A stretch of 64,000 nucleotides of DNA, taken from the NCBI GenBank assembly GCA_964654825.1, contig CAZZKG010000003.1, positions 26,531 to 90,530 on the forward strand, in the 5' to 3' direction. This document shows, one piece after another, positions 27,914-38,159 of this stretch; position 1 is the stretch's first letter, and each line of letters starts with the position of its first letter. The DNA is from an uncultured Gemmatimonadota bacterium (GTDB lineage: Bacteria > Gemmatimonadota > CAZMKB01). The position numbers were made by a program, and so were the translations under genes. The notes under the pieces were generated by a model, which saw nothing but the letters and a program-made list of their open reading frames with translations, did not search any database and had not been told where the DNA came from.

Positions 27914-28815
27914 GACTTCTGTCCCGTCAGGACCTTCTCAATTTCCTCCTTCCAGCTTTTCGCGTAGGGTGAGCCGTGCTCGATCATCTCCTCGACACAT
28001 GCCCGGTATCTATCTGCAAGGTACGTGATGAGCTCAGGGTCCCTCTTCACTCGCATGCCGACGTTGATGATCTTCGAAACTGTATTCCAATCCAGACGGT
28101 ACCCTTCGGGATCGACTCCGAGAAAGTCGGCGACTGAGGCCAGGTAGCGTCTCGGTTCTTCTATCATCTCATCGTAATATTTCACCAGTACATTCTTCTC
28201 GCCGAAATACCGGGACCACCTCGAAATAAGCTGAACGAAGCTCCCGAGGTTCGTGAATTCGTTGTCGAAATGATGGAGAAAATCGGCCTTCGGGACCTCA
28301 TCCATCCGTTTTTTGCGATGCATGCAAAGATTCATGACGGCGAGAGACCACGCCCGGTCGACGGGGTTCCTGAGCAGTATCAGTATCCTGGTTTCGGGAT
28401 ATTGTGCGGCTATATCCGACAGAGCCGCCTCGGGGAGCTGATAGTAGAGCGGTGTGATGTCTCCGGTCACCCTGTCTCTCTTGCTCCCCCGTTCGAAAAG
28501 TTTTTCGTACCACGAGTCCGTCCGCGGCAGGAGGAAGAATCTGAAATACCACGGGACCGAACAGATGTTCAGATGATAGAGTTCCCGCAGAAAGCCCTGT
28601 ATTTCATTCCTCGTGCTACGGTAATGCCAGTGTGACCCGGTAACTCTCTTCAGAAGGGTGTCTTCCGGCAAAAACTGCTTCACCCAGAAGTAACGCAGCT
28701 CCTTCACCGGAGGCAGCCAGATCTCCGGGTGTTTCTTCAGATTGACCCAGAGCCACGATGTCCCGGTCTTCTCCGGGCCGATGCAGAGAAAGTTCGGCCC
28801 TCTTCTCTCCTTCAT
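27910..28815 (-). CDS. sulfotransferase-family protein (PAPS-dependent)
   Basis: 5'-PSB-like P-loop (FLCIGPEKTGTSWL). 3'-PB-like motif (ILILLRNPVDRAWS). Internal ATG at 28815 preferred over the ORF-track 28902. Confidence 0.7.
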   Translation of the reverse strand: MKERRGPNFLCIGPEKTGTSWLWVNLKKHPEIWLPPVKELRYFWVKQFLPEDTLLKRVTGSHWHYRSTRNEIQGFLRELYHLNICSVPWYFRFFLLPRTDSWYEKLFERGSKRDRVTGDITPLYYQLPEAALSDIAAQYPETRILILLRNPVDRAWSLAVMNLCMHRKKRMDEVPKADFLHHFDNEFTNLGSFVQLISRWSRYFGEKNVLVKYYDEMIEEPRRYLASVADFLGVDPEGYRLDWNTVSKIINVGMRVKRDPELITYLADRYRACVEEMIEHGSPYAKSWKEEIEKVLTGQKS

Positions 28816-28980
28816 CCTGTTGTCCTGTCTGGGAAAGTACTCGCCTGCCGGCAAATCAGGAGCTCGGCGACGAGGGAGCCGCCGATGTTCGGCATCTCGC
28901 AATTTTGATTATCAACCCCTCCGGTACACCGCACTTCTCGTGCCGATAATATCCACCTCCGGAGGCCCTGTCAACGGGCC

Positions 28981-30204
28981 TCATTTTCCGAGAAGCGTGT
29001 TGTACACGGAGAGAACGGACCGGTAGTGTACTTCCCTGTTATATTTCTCCTTCACTTTCTTGTATCCGTTTCCCCCGAAAAGGCGAAGAAGGTTCGAGTC
29101 ATCTGCCAGAAGGCGGATCTTCTCACTGAGTTTCTCTTCATCACCTGCAGGGAAGAGTAGTCCGTCCTTCCCATCATCGATGAGATCCGGGATACCACCG
29201 ATCCGGGAGCCGATCACCGGTTTACCAAACGCCATGGATTCGAGGATCGACAGCGGACAGTTTTCATACCATATCGAGGGAAGCACCGTAAACAAACACC
29301 CTCTGATCAGCCCCTCGATCTCCACATGGTCCTTCTGGCCCACAAAACGAACGTTCGATACCTGTTCTTTCCCTGAAAGATATTCCAGCTCACTTCTCTG
29401 GGGGCCGTCCCCGGCCAGAACGAGTGAGAGATCGGGGAGTCGGCTCATTGCACGAATGAGGGTCGCGAGCCCCTTCTCGAGTGACAGTCTTCCGAAGTAG
29501 AGAACGTAGTCACCGGTATCCGGTCCCAAATCCTCGGGGATCGGATCGACGAAATTGGGAACAAATTGGATCTTTTCAGCCGGTATCCCGAACTCTATCA
29601 GGATTTTCTTCATGAACTCACTCGGAGTGATGATCAGATCGAGGCCCTTCTCATACGATCCCAGCATCCGGTGAAGGTACGCTTCAGTTGCCAGAATCAA
29701 TCCCGAAAAAACAGATCCGCCGTGGCAACTTGTGAGTAGGACCTGGTACGATTTTCCTCCGCGGCACTTTTCACAGATGTCCACTCCATTGAAGAGCGTG
29801 TAATTCGGGCAGATGAGTTTGTAATCGTGAGCGGTCATGACGACCGGGATCCCCTTTTTCTCGAGTTCGAGGAGAACAGAGGGTGAAATATGATGGTAAA
29901 TATTGTGGAAATGCGCGATTTCCGGTCGAAACCGGTCGATGAGTTTTCCTATCCTTTGTCTGGCCTGGGTGGAGTAGACGATTCTCGCTGAAGCCCTGAC
30001 ACGATCGAACAGGCCTCCCGGATTCTGAAAATCTAAATGATCGACGAAGTAGTCCGCATAGACGGTCGGAAGGTTCTTCCCGTCCTTCATGGAGAAGCAA
30101 GCGACTTCATGGCCCTTCTCCTCGAGGATCCGGGACAATTCCAGGTAGTAGCGATTCGCGCCGCCATGGTGGTGATGGGCCTTGTTGATCTGCAGTATCT
30201 TCAT
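28981..30204 (-). CDS. glycosyltransferase family 4 (GT-B, RfaB-like)
   Basis: N-terminal MKILQINKAHHHHGGANRY. C-terminal GRLSLEKG...E(x7)E motif (ILESMAFGKPVIGSRIGGIPDLIDDGKDGLLFPAGDE). Confidence 0.85.
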   Translation of the reverse strand: MKILQINKAHHHHGGANRYYLELSRILEEKGHEVACFSMKDGKNLPTVYADYFVDHLDFQNPGGLFDRVRASARIVYSTQARQRIGKLIDRFRPEIAHFHNIYHHISPSVLLELEKKGIPVVMTAHDYKLICPNYTLFNGVDICEKCRGGKSYQVLLTSCHGGSVFSGLILATEAYLHRMLGSYEKGLDLIITPSEFMKKILIEFGIPAEKIQFVPNFVDPIPEDLGPDTGDYVLYFGRLSLEKGLATLIRAMSRLPDLSLVLAGDGPQRSELEYLSGKEQVSNVRFVGQKDHVEIEGLIRGCLFTVLPSIWYENCPLSILESMAFGKPVIGSRIGGIPDLIDDGKDGLLFPAGDEEKLSEKIRLLADDSNLLRLFGGNGYKKVKEKYNREVHYRSVLSVYNTLLGK

Positions 30205-30223
30205 AAGCAGAGAGGACTGGAGT

Positions 30224-31363
30224 TCATGGAACGATCCCTTTTTCCGCAGCAAGTTGAAGGTAGATATCTTCGATTCGCCTCACGTGGAGGCGGATGTCGA
30301 AGTTCTCTTCGGCAGTCTTTCGGGAATTTTCTGCAAGAAGTGCGGCGAGCCCCCGGTTGCCGAGAAGCATCGAGAGAGCCTCCGCCAGGGTGGATTCATC
30401 CCTGGGCGGGACGAGGAGACCGTGTACATCATCTTCGATGACACCGCGGATGCCGTCGACTGATGTCGCGACGATTGGTTTCTCAGAGGCCATCGCTTCA
30501 AGCAGGGTGATGGGTAATCCCTCGTAGATGGATGGCATGACGTAAATGTCCGACAGTGCCATGAGCTCCGGTATATCCCTTCGAACTCCGAGTAACCGGA
30601 TCTCGTCAGTCAGTCCTTCCTGTCCGATCTGAGATTTCAGGGTGAGCTCGAGGGGCCCCTCACCGATGATGAGTACGGAAATGTCGGGGTACTGTTGTTT
30701 CAATTTACCGGCTGCCCGGATGAGGTATGAGTGCCCCTTCTGTTCGACGAGTCTCCCGATGGCGAGGATAACACGTTTCCCCCTGAGACCGAGTTCATCC
30801 CGCAGTGTTTCATTAATGGGTACCGACCTGTAGAATGAGGTGTCGATACCGTTCGGGATGGTGACGATCTTATCCGCCTGTATCCCACCTTTCTCGATGG
30901 CGTTCTTCCGTACCTCATCACTCACCGCTATGATTCGGTCGTTCAGGCGGGACGTCAGAGAGTCGATCGAAACCTTGATCCGTTCGGATAACCCCCCGCC
31001 GGTATCCCAGTCCGTGACGAGATGATAGGTGGTAACGATGACAGGGATCCCTCCCAGATATCCGGCCACCCGTCCCTGGCGGTCGAAAAGATGAGTATGC
31101 AGAATATCGAATCGCTTTCGCCGCAGGCAGGAAATCATCCGAAAGAAGGTTAAGGGATCTCTTTTCGGAGCATTCCACTCGTGCACGGTTATACCTTCAT
31201 CCCTGAATTCCTGTGATAGCTTCCCGGCGTGGTAGAAGCAGTGGACCTCTGGCGTGAATCGTTCGTTGTCGAGGAATTTCAGAAAAGAGAGGAGAAGCGT
31301 CTCCGATCCGCCGTAATCCAGAGAAGGGACGAGATATGCAACAGAAAATGGTCTCATTTTCAT
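30224..31363 (-). CDS. glycosyltransferase family 4
   Basis: YGGSETLLLSF N-terminus. GRLVEQKG...LLEAMASEKPIVATSVDGIRGVIEDDVHGLLVPPRDE. Confidence 0.85.
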   Translation of the reverse strand: MKMRPFSVAYLVPSLDYGGSETLLLSFLKFLDNERFTPEVHCFYHAGKLSQEFRDEGITVHEWNAPKRDPLTFFRMISCLRRKRFDILHTHLFDRQGRVAGYLGGIPVIVTTYHLVTDWDTGGGLSERIKVSIDSLTSRLNDRIIAVSDEVRKNAIEKGGIQADKIVTIPNGIDTSFYRSVPINETLRDELGLRGKRVILAIGRLVEQKGHSYLIRAAGKLKQQYPDISVLIIGEGPLELTLKSQIGQEGLTDEIRLLGVRRDIPELMALSDIYVMPSIYEGLPITLLEAMASEKPIVATSVDGIRGVIEDDVHGLLVPPRDESTLAEALSMLLGNRGLAALLAENSRKTAEENFDIRLHVRRIEDIYLQLAAEKGIVP

Positions 31364-31366
31364 TTG

Positions 31367-32610
31367 TCAGGTTCTTAGCGAGTCGAGTTCATTCAGAATT
31401 TCCAGAAAACGCGGCCTGTTCGCTTCTACCGTCAGATTACTTCGGGCGAAATCCATCTGCTTATCCCTCACCCGGTTGTAGTAGGATTCATCAGTCAGAA
31501 GGTGAACGATTTCTTCCGAGAATTTTCGCGGATCATCCTGTACGGCGGCCGTGTTATCGTCGAAGAAATCGATGCCCTCGGCGCCGACTGCGGTCGTGAC
31601 AACGGGCTTACCCAGGAGAAAAGCCTCGAGAATCTTGATCTTGATCCCGCTTCCAACCCGGATGGGAGCAATGCAAACCCTGTATCTGCTCAGCTCTTTC
31701 GCCGGATTTTCGAGAAATCCGATGAAGTGGATCTGTGCACGCTTCAGTAGGGCTCGCTTCAGGGAAGGCTTACACTCTCCTACAACAAAGAGCTTCACAT
31801 CGCCCAGAGCATTCACCAGAGTCTGATATATTTCTTCCAGAAAATAAAAAACAGCATCGAAATTGTTATACCGGTTGAGGCTGCCGATGAAGTAGAGTGA
31901 GTTTTCGATCTCATCACTATCAGAGTGTGTTTTGATCACGTCAGGAGTGGATATTATGGACAGAGGGACGACCCGAAAATTGACGTATCCCATTTTCCGT
32001 CCTTCCGCCTGAATGTGCCGAACATCGGCGGAGGAGATCGCAAAGACATCTGTGAATCGGGCGATCGACCGGAGTTCTTCCCGTTTCTTCAAAGCGAAGT
32101 AAGGCCGCATCAGCGCTCGTTTCAGACGGCTACTCTCGACCTGCAGCCGACGGTCATTGTTGATGAATGCGGCATCGTGGATGAACAGAATTGTCCGCGA
32201 CCTCCCGCCCACCGCGCGCTCGAGCAGAGAGTTGTGCCAGTATTCGATGATGACTAAATCGTACCGTCCGATCTTCACGAGTCTACTCAGCGTCTTTCTG
32301 AAGAGGCGGGGTGTGTGATAACTGACCTCTATCGACTGCAGTAGAAATATCAGCTTGAGAATATTAAGAACCTTGAAGAAAATCCGGTGCAGTGGGGATT
32401 GTTTGTGTGGTGCGAGAATGACATGGACATCTTCACACATGGCACGCAGGGCATCCGCCGATTTTTTTTCTGCATCGGAGTGCGCCATCCCCAGAAAACT
32501 CACACTGTGATCCCGGGACAGCAGTTCGAGAAGGTGGGAGGACACGATGTCCGAACCCGTCTTCCCCAACGATGGAATGGTGGTTTTCACCAGCAGAATT
32601 TTTTTCATGT
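31367..32610 (-). CDS. glycosyltransferase family 4
   Basis: MKKILLVKTTIPSLGKTGSDIV N-terminus after a GGAGGGG RBS. C-terminal ILEAFLLGKPVVTTAVGAEGIDFFDDNTAAVQDD. The ORF-track N-terminal extension to 32977 is judged spurious. Confidence 0.8.
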
Positions 32611-33066
32611 CGCTGATACCCCTCCCCGACATACCTGTACGGCACTCTCTGCACGCAAATGTTGTTCCGAGAGTTACAGGCGACCTCATTCGATAATATC
32701 CGCCTCCAGGAGGGATGTCAACCGTAATGTTCTTATGTTGCAATAGTGAATCACCGATAGAACGCTGCCTGGTATTTTTTGCAACTCCGGGAGTGAACTT
32801 TCCGGGTTCTCCAATGGTACCAATATACAGGAATGAACCGCTGTGGTCGATTCCCCGAGAAATGAAGAGTAGTATCCATGTCCCGTACCAACCGGTCGGT
32901 CCGGGTAGTCCCAATAATATTAACAGTTTGGCGTGGTTCGTTTTCCCCCGATGCAGGGAATTTCTGACTGCCCGCAAAAAAGAGGATTTATCACGACAGG
33001 GCCTCCCCGGATGGCATAGATTTTGCGATTTTTACAAGAAAGCCATAATTTTTTGGAGGTTGCCTT

Positions 33067-34722
33067 ATGGATAATAAAAGATCAAGAGCTTTCCATATTA
33101 TTGTGCTCTCTCTATGCGGTGTTATTCTTTCAGCCGGCCTCACGTTCGGGTGGGATGATCCCGTATTTCCCCGACTTGCGAATTATTTCCTTCCCCACCA
33201 GATCGACGACAGGGATGTTGAGATCCTTTCGAGATGGGACATCCTCATTATCGAGAAGAAACTCGATACCTGGCAGGAGGTCCGGGAAAGGATCAAGTCC
33301 ATCGAAGCCCACAATCCCGAAATCGTACTGCTGATGTATACACAATCTGCGAATGCAAACATTACCGAGTCCCCCCCCAGTCCCATCGCCGAAGCCTGCG
33401 ACCTGTATGACTGGTGGCTCCGTGATTACGAGGGGAACAAACTGGAATATGAGAATTTCCCCTGGAGCCTGCTTATCAACATGACCAACATGGAAGCCGC
33501 CTCCGGTAATCACCCCGAAGGGATGAAACCGAATCAATTTCTCGCCGACTTCGCCATCAACGATCATCTCGCACTGTATTCTTACTGGGATGGCATCTTT
33601 TACGATACATTCGCAGACAACCTATCCTGGATGCACGAGGATATCAAGGATGCCAACAGGAACGGAATTCCCGAATTCGACAACGAAGAGAACGGCGACG
33701 AGCCGAAGTTTGCGAGTATCTGGGCCGAAGGGGCGCTGACTCTCCTCAACTACACCCGCCAGCTGGACGAAGATGTTATCATTGTCGGCAACGGCCTGCA
33801 CAAGGGTGCACTCGATGGACTCAACGGTAGACTTCTCGAGGGTTTCAGACCGAGCCCGAGTAAGAACATTCACTCCTTCTGTTCCAACCACAGGTATCTC
33901 ACCCAGGGATCACAGACCCCAAAGATCAGCATCATCAACGGAAGTCTCTCGGGTCCGGATATGACCGCCTACAAGGTGATGCGTTTCACATTCTGTGCGA
34001 CGCTGATGACCGATAATTATTACAGTCTTGATTACGGTACACAGTATCACGGAGAAGCTCTCTGGTACGACGAGTACTCACTTCAGCCCGATGGCACCGT
34101 CAATGCCCGGACTACCCATCTCAGCGGACCTATCGATGGTGAACAGACAAACATTTCGGTTCTGAGTACCCAGGGATTCGAGCCGAGCGGTATTGTCCAA
34201 ATCGATGGGGAACAGATCTACTACGAATACAAGGATCCTTACCATCTCATGAATTGTTACCGGGGATATCCCAGAAGGACGAAGTATGATTTGAGAGTTC
34301 CGCACCCCAACGGAAGTCTGGTCATCCAGCACAATGCGGATAACAGGCACTATCTCGGCAGGGCCTACGGTCCGGCATTTGACGCGAGTGATCCCCTGGT
34401 CAAACTCGATGATTTGTTAGAGGCCGCCGGCTGGAGTGCCGATGAAGATGAAGCAGAGAACATCAACTCCCGGGTCTGGCGAAGAGATTTCGAAAACGGG
34501 ACGGCTCTCGTTAATCCGACGGACAATTCTGCTCTCGTCTACGGGCTCGGTCAAAAGGTGTATCAAAAGATCAGCGGTATCCAGGATCCGGTACACAATA
34601 ACGGCCTGGTGATCCGTGATACGCTGAGAATCGATCCCAAGGATGGTTACATACTTGCGTGGATCTCCGAAACTGACACGATACCGCCGATACCGCCGGA
34701 AGGGTTACACATTCGGCCGTAG
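33067..34722 (+). CDS. secreted putative TIM-barrel glycoside hydrolase-like protein (GH114/GHL-like), function uncertain
   Basis: Signal anchor. RWDILIIE / NGIPEF / IIVGNGLH pattern reminiscent of GH114-like endo-polysaccharide hydrolases. Divergent from the GT operon. Confidence 0.35.
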   Translation: MDNKRSRAFHIIVLSLCGVILSAGLTFGWDDPVFPRLANYFLPHQIDDRDVEILSRWDILIIEKKLDTWQEVRERIKSIEAHNPEIVLLMYTQSANANITESPPSPIAEACDLYDWWLRDYEGNKLEYENFPWSLLINMTNMEAASGNHPEGMKPNQFLADFAINDHLALYSYWDGIFYDTFADNLSWMHEDIKDANRNGIPEFDNEENGDEPKFASIWAEGALTLLNYTRQLDEDVIIVGNGLHKGALDGLNGRLLEGFRPSPSKNIHSFCSNHRYLTQGSQTPKISIINGSLSGPDMTAYKVMRFTFCATLMTDNYYSLDYGTQYHGEALWYDEYSLQPDGTVNARTTHLSGPIDGEQTNISVLSTQGFEPSGIVQIDGEQIYYEYKDPYHLMNCYRGYPRRTKYDLRVPHPNGSLVIQHNADNRHYLGRAYGPAFDASDPLVKLDDLLEAAGWSADEDEAENINSRVWRRDFENGTALVNPTDNSALVYGLGQKVYQKISGIQDPVHNNGLVIRDTLRIDPKDGYILAWISETDTIPPIPPEGLHIRP

Positions 34723-34796
34723 ATATCAGGATTCGACCTGTATTGTCCTTCATCCGGATACTCTTCCTGAAATGGTTCCATCTCCTTCGTCGGGTG

Positions 34797-37700
34797 CTAT
34801 TCGGCTGGTTTTTCGATAAGTGCGCGACCGCATTTTCCGTCGATTCGGATCAAGAGCGGTGACTCGAGGTGCACGTGTTTCACGTAGTTCAATGCTTTGA
34901 CCTCATGAAGGCTCTCGAGCCAGTCCCAATCTATGAAGCTGTTTTTCGAACCCTGTGTCGTGTAGATGTAACCAATACCTTTCGAAACGATATTCTGGAA
35001 GAAGTGTGTCCCCTGTGACGGCTCGATCATAAATCCTTCAAAGGCAGTCTCGATCATCACAAAAACACCTGATATCTGACTCCATTTAACCGGTATACCC
35101 AGCCACCTGTCCTGAGTGCCCCATCGGCCCGGCCCAATGAGCACATAAGGTGTCGAGGACGCTGCAAGTTTCCGGTTCACCTTGCCGATCTCCTCTGCGA
35201 TGCGAACGGTCTTCGACACATCGAAGGTTTTCTGAGAAACATACACGATGTCTCTGATCGAGTCGATCGCTCCGATCCCCAGGGCCTTGTCCGAGTGAAT
35301 GAACACATTGTTCGCGCTGGTGAATTCGCTGGCTGAGATCTCACAGAGCTCCATCGAAGGGATGAGAGGGCGCACCTGCAGAATGGAGAACGTGGGATTT
35401 TTTTGTTTCTCAGGATCGAAATGCACGGCGAACTCCAATTCGACAGGGCATCCCATGCCTCTCTGACCGATTCGCAGAACGTCCTTGAGTATGTCCGCCA
35501 GAGGGAAAGTCTTATATTTCAAAATCCCGGCGAACGTGACGAGGGGCGCTCCCGTACCGGAGAAACCATCTCGTATCACCCCGTCGGTACTGTCATATGT
35601 ACTGGCGATGAGATCGAGCGTACCATCACTTTTGATGCTGTTGATATTCAGCTTTTTCAGCGTCGAATCATCCCGCTCTGTCAGCTCGAAATCGTCCCTG
35701 GCGGTGTTCAGCACATACAGGTCGGTCTGTGCATTCTCGAGAATGAGCTCTTTAGAGGAGAACTCGGGGATGATCTCAGGATATTCCGGTGAGAATCTGA
35801 GCACTTTCTCACCGCCGACTACCGCTCTTCCGAGTCCGACCGCGAGGCACGCCACCCCGTCTTCGAACGTCTGATGCGACACCGGGTAGAAATTATACGA
35901 CTGAGCCACTCCGGAGAAGGTCGGGTAGAATCGACCTCCGAAATCCGTGCCGACGAGCTCCTGGACGATCACCGCCATCTTCTCCTCTTCTACATTGGAA
36001 GATGTCGACGTGATGTATTCCCTGGGTTCATTGAAGAAGACTGATGCATAAACGAGCTTGATAGCCCGGCTGAGATGCTTCAGGCGGACCCTCGAGTTCC
36101 TGTGATTATTGGGCAGCATGTACGTCGAGTAGAGTCCAGCGAAAGGATGGTGGTGGGAGTCTTCGAGAAGCCCGGAGGACCTGATCGCGAGAGGTGTCCT
36201 GAAATGCTGCAGTACCAGCGAAAGCTTGTCTTTCAACTCCTTGTGCAGTTTACCCTTGAGAAACGCTTTCGCGATCTCCCGGTCGGACATGTCCGTCCGC
36301 TCGGCGAATCTCAGGAGGTTGTTGTCCTTGATGAATCTATCGAACTCGAGTGTGCCTATTACGACTGTGCTCGGAATCGTGATATTGATCCCCTTGTATT
36401 TCTTTTCGAGGTTGTACCTCCCGAGAAGGGATCTCATAAAAGCGATCCCCCGGCCCTTCCCGCCGAGTGAGTCTCCCGTCAGTCTCGTGAAAGAGGACTC
36501 GAACTCGTATTTCTGCTGAGCGAAGTTAGTGATGACTCCGAGCTGCTTCTCTCTTCTGCTCTCTCTGAATACTTCGAGGAGGTATTTTCTGACTTCATGT
36601 AGATCAGTGAAGTCCCCGGCTTTCTTCGGCCGCATTTTCAGGGCCGGTTTGAACTCACATCGCGCAAACAGCCAGTTCGAAAAATGGTTCCTCTCCGCGT
36701 GGAACTGTATCGATTCGAGTGGCACCTCCTGGATTTTCTTCACGAATTCGTGTATCGTGGAAGCACGTGCGATCTCGATGGTTTCTTCGTGCACGGTTTC
36801 AGTCGGTTTGATCTTTTTCTTTCTGCCCTTCCCTGATTTCTTTTTCTTCGGCACAAGGAATATAAAATCACCGAAACCGATGTGGTTCAGGAGGAAGTGC
36901 TGAAAATCCTGCAGGAGACCGGAGGAGTGCTTGTCGAGAAAATACGTGCCTATCGCTTCCGCTTTTTCCCGATTCTTTGGATCAGAAGACTGCATAAGGA
37001 CAGGAATGTTCTCGGACTCTTTCTTGATCAGTCTGCAAAACTCGAATCCAGCTTCGGAATCTTCCTTACCGTTCCGTTTGAATGTGACGTCGCTGATTAT
37101 ACCCTGTACGTATTCCTTGTACTGTTCGAAGAGCGCGACTCCTTCCTCGAATGTTTCCGCGAGGAGGATCTTCGGACGAGCCCGCCTCGTTAAGAGCTGC
37201 TGCATTTCGTTCATGTCCTCCGAGATCGCCCGCTGGGTTTGTTTCACGATCTCGATATAGAAGATCGGGAGAAACAGCGAGTAGTAACGGATCGAATCTT
37301 CGAGCATTATGAGAACACGCACGTTTCCGTTCTGAGTGTCGTTTTTCGCGTTCATCATATCTTCGACGTACTTGATGATGGCGAGGAACAACGTCGGATC
37401 ACCGGTCCAGAAGAAGGCCTTGTCGACTCTCTTTACGTCATATTTCTTCTGGACGAGCCGGATATCCGCCGAATCTATCGCGAGGAGAATGACAGGAAGG
37501 GTCGGGTAAAGTTCTTTGACCTTTTTACCGAAATTGAACGGATCCATCCCAATGTTTTTGGACATGGTGATAACCAGATCGTAGCGTTGTTCTTCAAGTT
37601 TCGAAAGCGCCTTTTTCGCGGAATTTACCCGGATCACCCGTGGTGGGGAACTGAGCAGCAGGTGACGGTACTGGCCGATGAGAAGTTCGGAGATGAGCCC

Positions 37701-37835
37701 TTCTTCTTCGATGATGAATGCGTCGTAGTAACTCGATACGAGGAGAATATCCCTCAGCTTGAACGGCATGAGCGTGTGAAACATTTTACTGAGCTGCTCG
37801 TAATCCCCCTCGAAGTTGTTATTCCGTTTTATCAT
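34797..37835 (-). CDS. PEP/pyruvate-binding (pyruvate,water-dikinase-like) protein with N-terminal pseudo-receiver domains
   Basis: N-terminus has two receiver-like folds lacking the Asp-Asp pocket (DILLVSSYY, DLVITMSKNIGMDPF). Central PPDK_N-like ATP-grasp motif (LAIRSSGLLEDSHHHPFAGLYSTY). C-terminal PEP-utilisers-like segment. GGAGGAA RBS 9 nt before the ATG at 37835. About 1012 aa. Confidence 0.6.
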   Translation of the reverse strand: MIKRNNNFEGDYEQLSKMFHTLMPFKLRDILLVSSYYDAFIIEEEGLISELLIGQYRHLLLSSPPRVIRVNSAKKALSKLEEQRYDLVITMSKNIGMDPFNFGKKVKELYPTLPVILLAIDSADIRLVQKKYDVKRVDKAFFWTGDPTLFLAIIKYVEDMMNAKNDTQNGNVRVLIMLEDSIRYYSLFLPIFYIEIVKQTQRAISEDMNEMQQLLTRRARPKILLAETFEEGVALFEQYKEYVQGIISDVTFKRNGKEDSEAGFEFCRLIKKESENIPVLMQSSDPKNREKAEAIGTYFLDKHSSGLLQDFQHFLLNHIGFGDFIFLVPKKKKSGKGRKKKIKPTETVHEETIEIARASTIHEFVKKIQEVPLESIQFHAERNHFSNWLFARCEFKPALKMRPKKAGDFTDLHEVRKYLLEVFRESRREKQLGVITNFAQQKYEFESSFTRLTGDSLGGKGRGIAFMRSLLGRYNLEKKYKGINITIPSTVVIGTLEFDRFIKDNNLLRFAERTDMSDREIAKAFLKGKLHKELKDKLSLVLQHFRTPLAIRSSGLLEDSHHHPFAGLYSTYMLPNNHRNSRVRLKHLSRAIKLVYASVFFNEPREYITSTSSNVEEEKMAVIVQELVGTDFGGRFYPTFSGVAQSYNFYPVSHQTFEDGVACLAVGLGRAVVGGEKVLRFSPEYPEIIPEFSSKELILENAQTDLYVLNTARDDFELTERDDSTLKKLNINSIKSDGTLDLIASTYDSTDGVIRDGFSGTGAPLVTFAGILKYKTFPLADILKDVLRIGQRGMGCPVELEFAVHFDPEKQKNPTFSILQVRPLIPSMELCEISASEFTSANNVFIHSDKALGIGAIDSIRDIVYVSQKTFDVSKTVRIAEEIGKVNRKLAASSTPYVLIGPGRWGTQDRWLGIPVKWSQISGVFVMIETAFEGFMIEPSQGTHFFQNIVSKGIGYIYTTQGSKNSFIDWDWLESLHEVKALNYVKHVHLESPLLIRIDGKCGRALIEKPAE

Positions 37836-38048
37836 GAAAAATGATTCCTCCGATGCCCCAATACCTGTGCGTGTGTTCGTTCCAAGAATATATGGATGAC
37901 GGGGGATGCGGTCAACCGCCTGGAAACGCACAATTCCGGCCAGCTTACTAAACCCCTTCAGGTAAATTGATCTGTTCATAAATACGGTGACGCATCGATG
38001 GCCTGAGACATTAGTATTTATGAACAGGGCCACTAAGTCGATAAATAG

Positions 38049-38076
38049 TTGACTTTTATATTTTAGCTGATATATT
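38049..38076 (+). promoter_or_regulatory. putative sigma-70 promoter (TTGACT-16bp-TATATT) upstream of gdhA
   Basis: TTGACT at 38049-38054 and TATATT at 38071-38076. Confidence 0.35.
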
Positions 38077-38159
38077 TCACGCTATTCTCAGGTAGGTATT
38101 TCCCTGTCTCTGGGGCTGTTTCGTAAGTCCTTGCAGTTTCTTTTTTTACGGAGGAGAAG

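Noticed and set aside
31367-32977. ORF-track 536-aa version of the third GT4 gene and 27910-28902 for the sulfotransferase
   Set aside because: The N-terminal extensions lack a signal or domain. Internal ATGs with good RBSs (GGAGGGG before 32610) and family-typical N-termini (MKKILLVKT, MKERRGPNFLCIGPEKTG) give better models.
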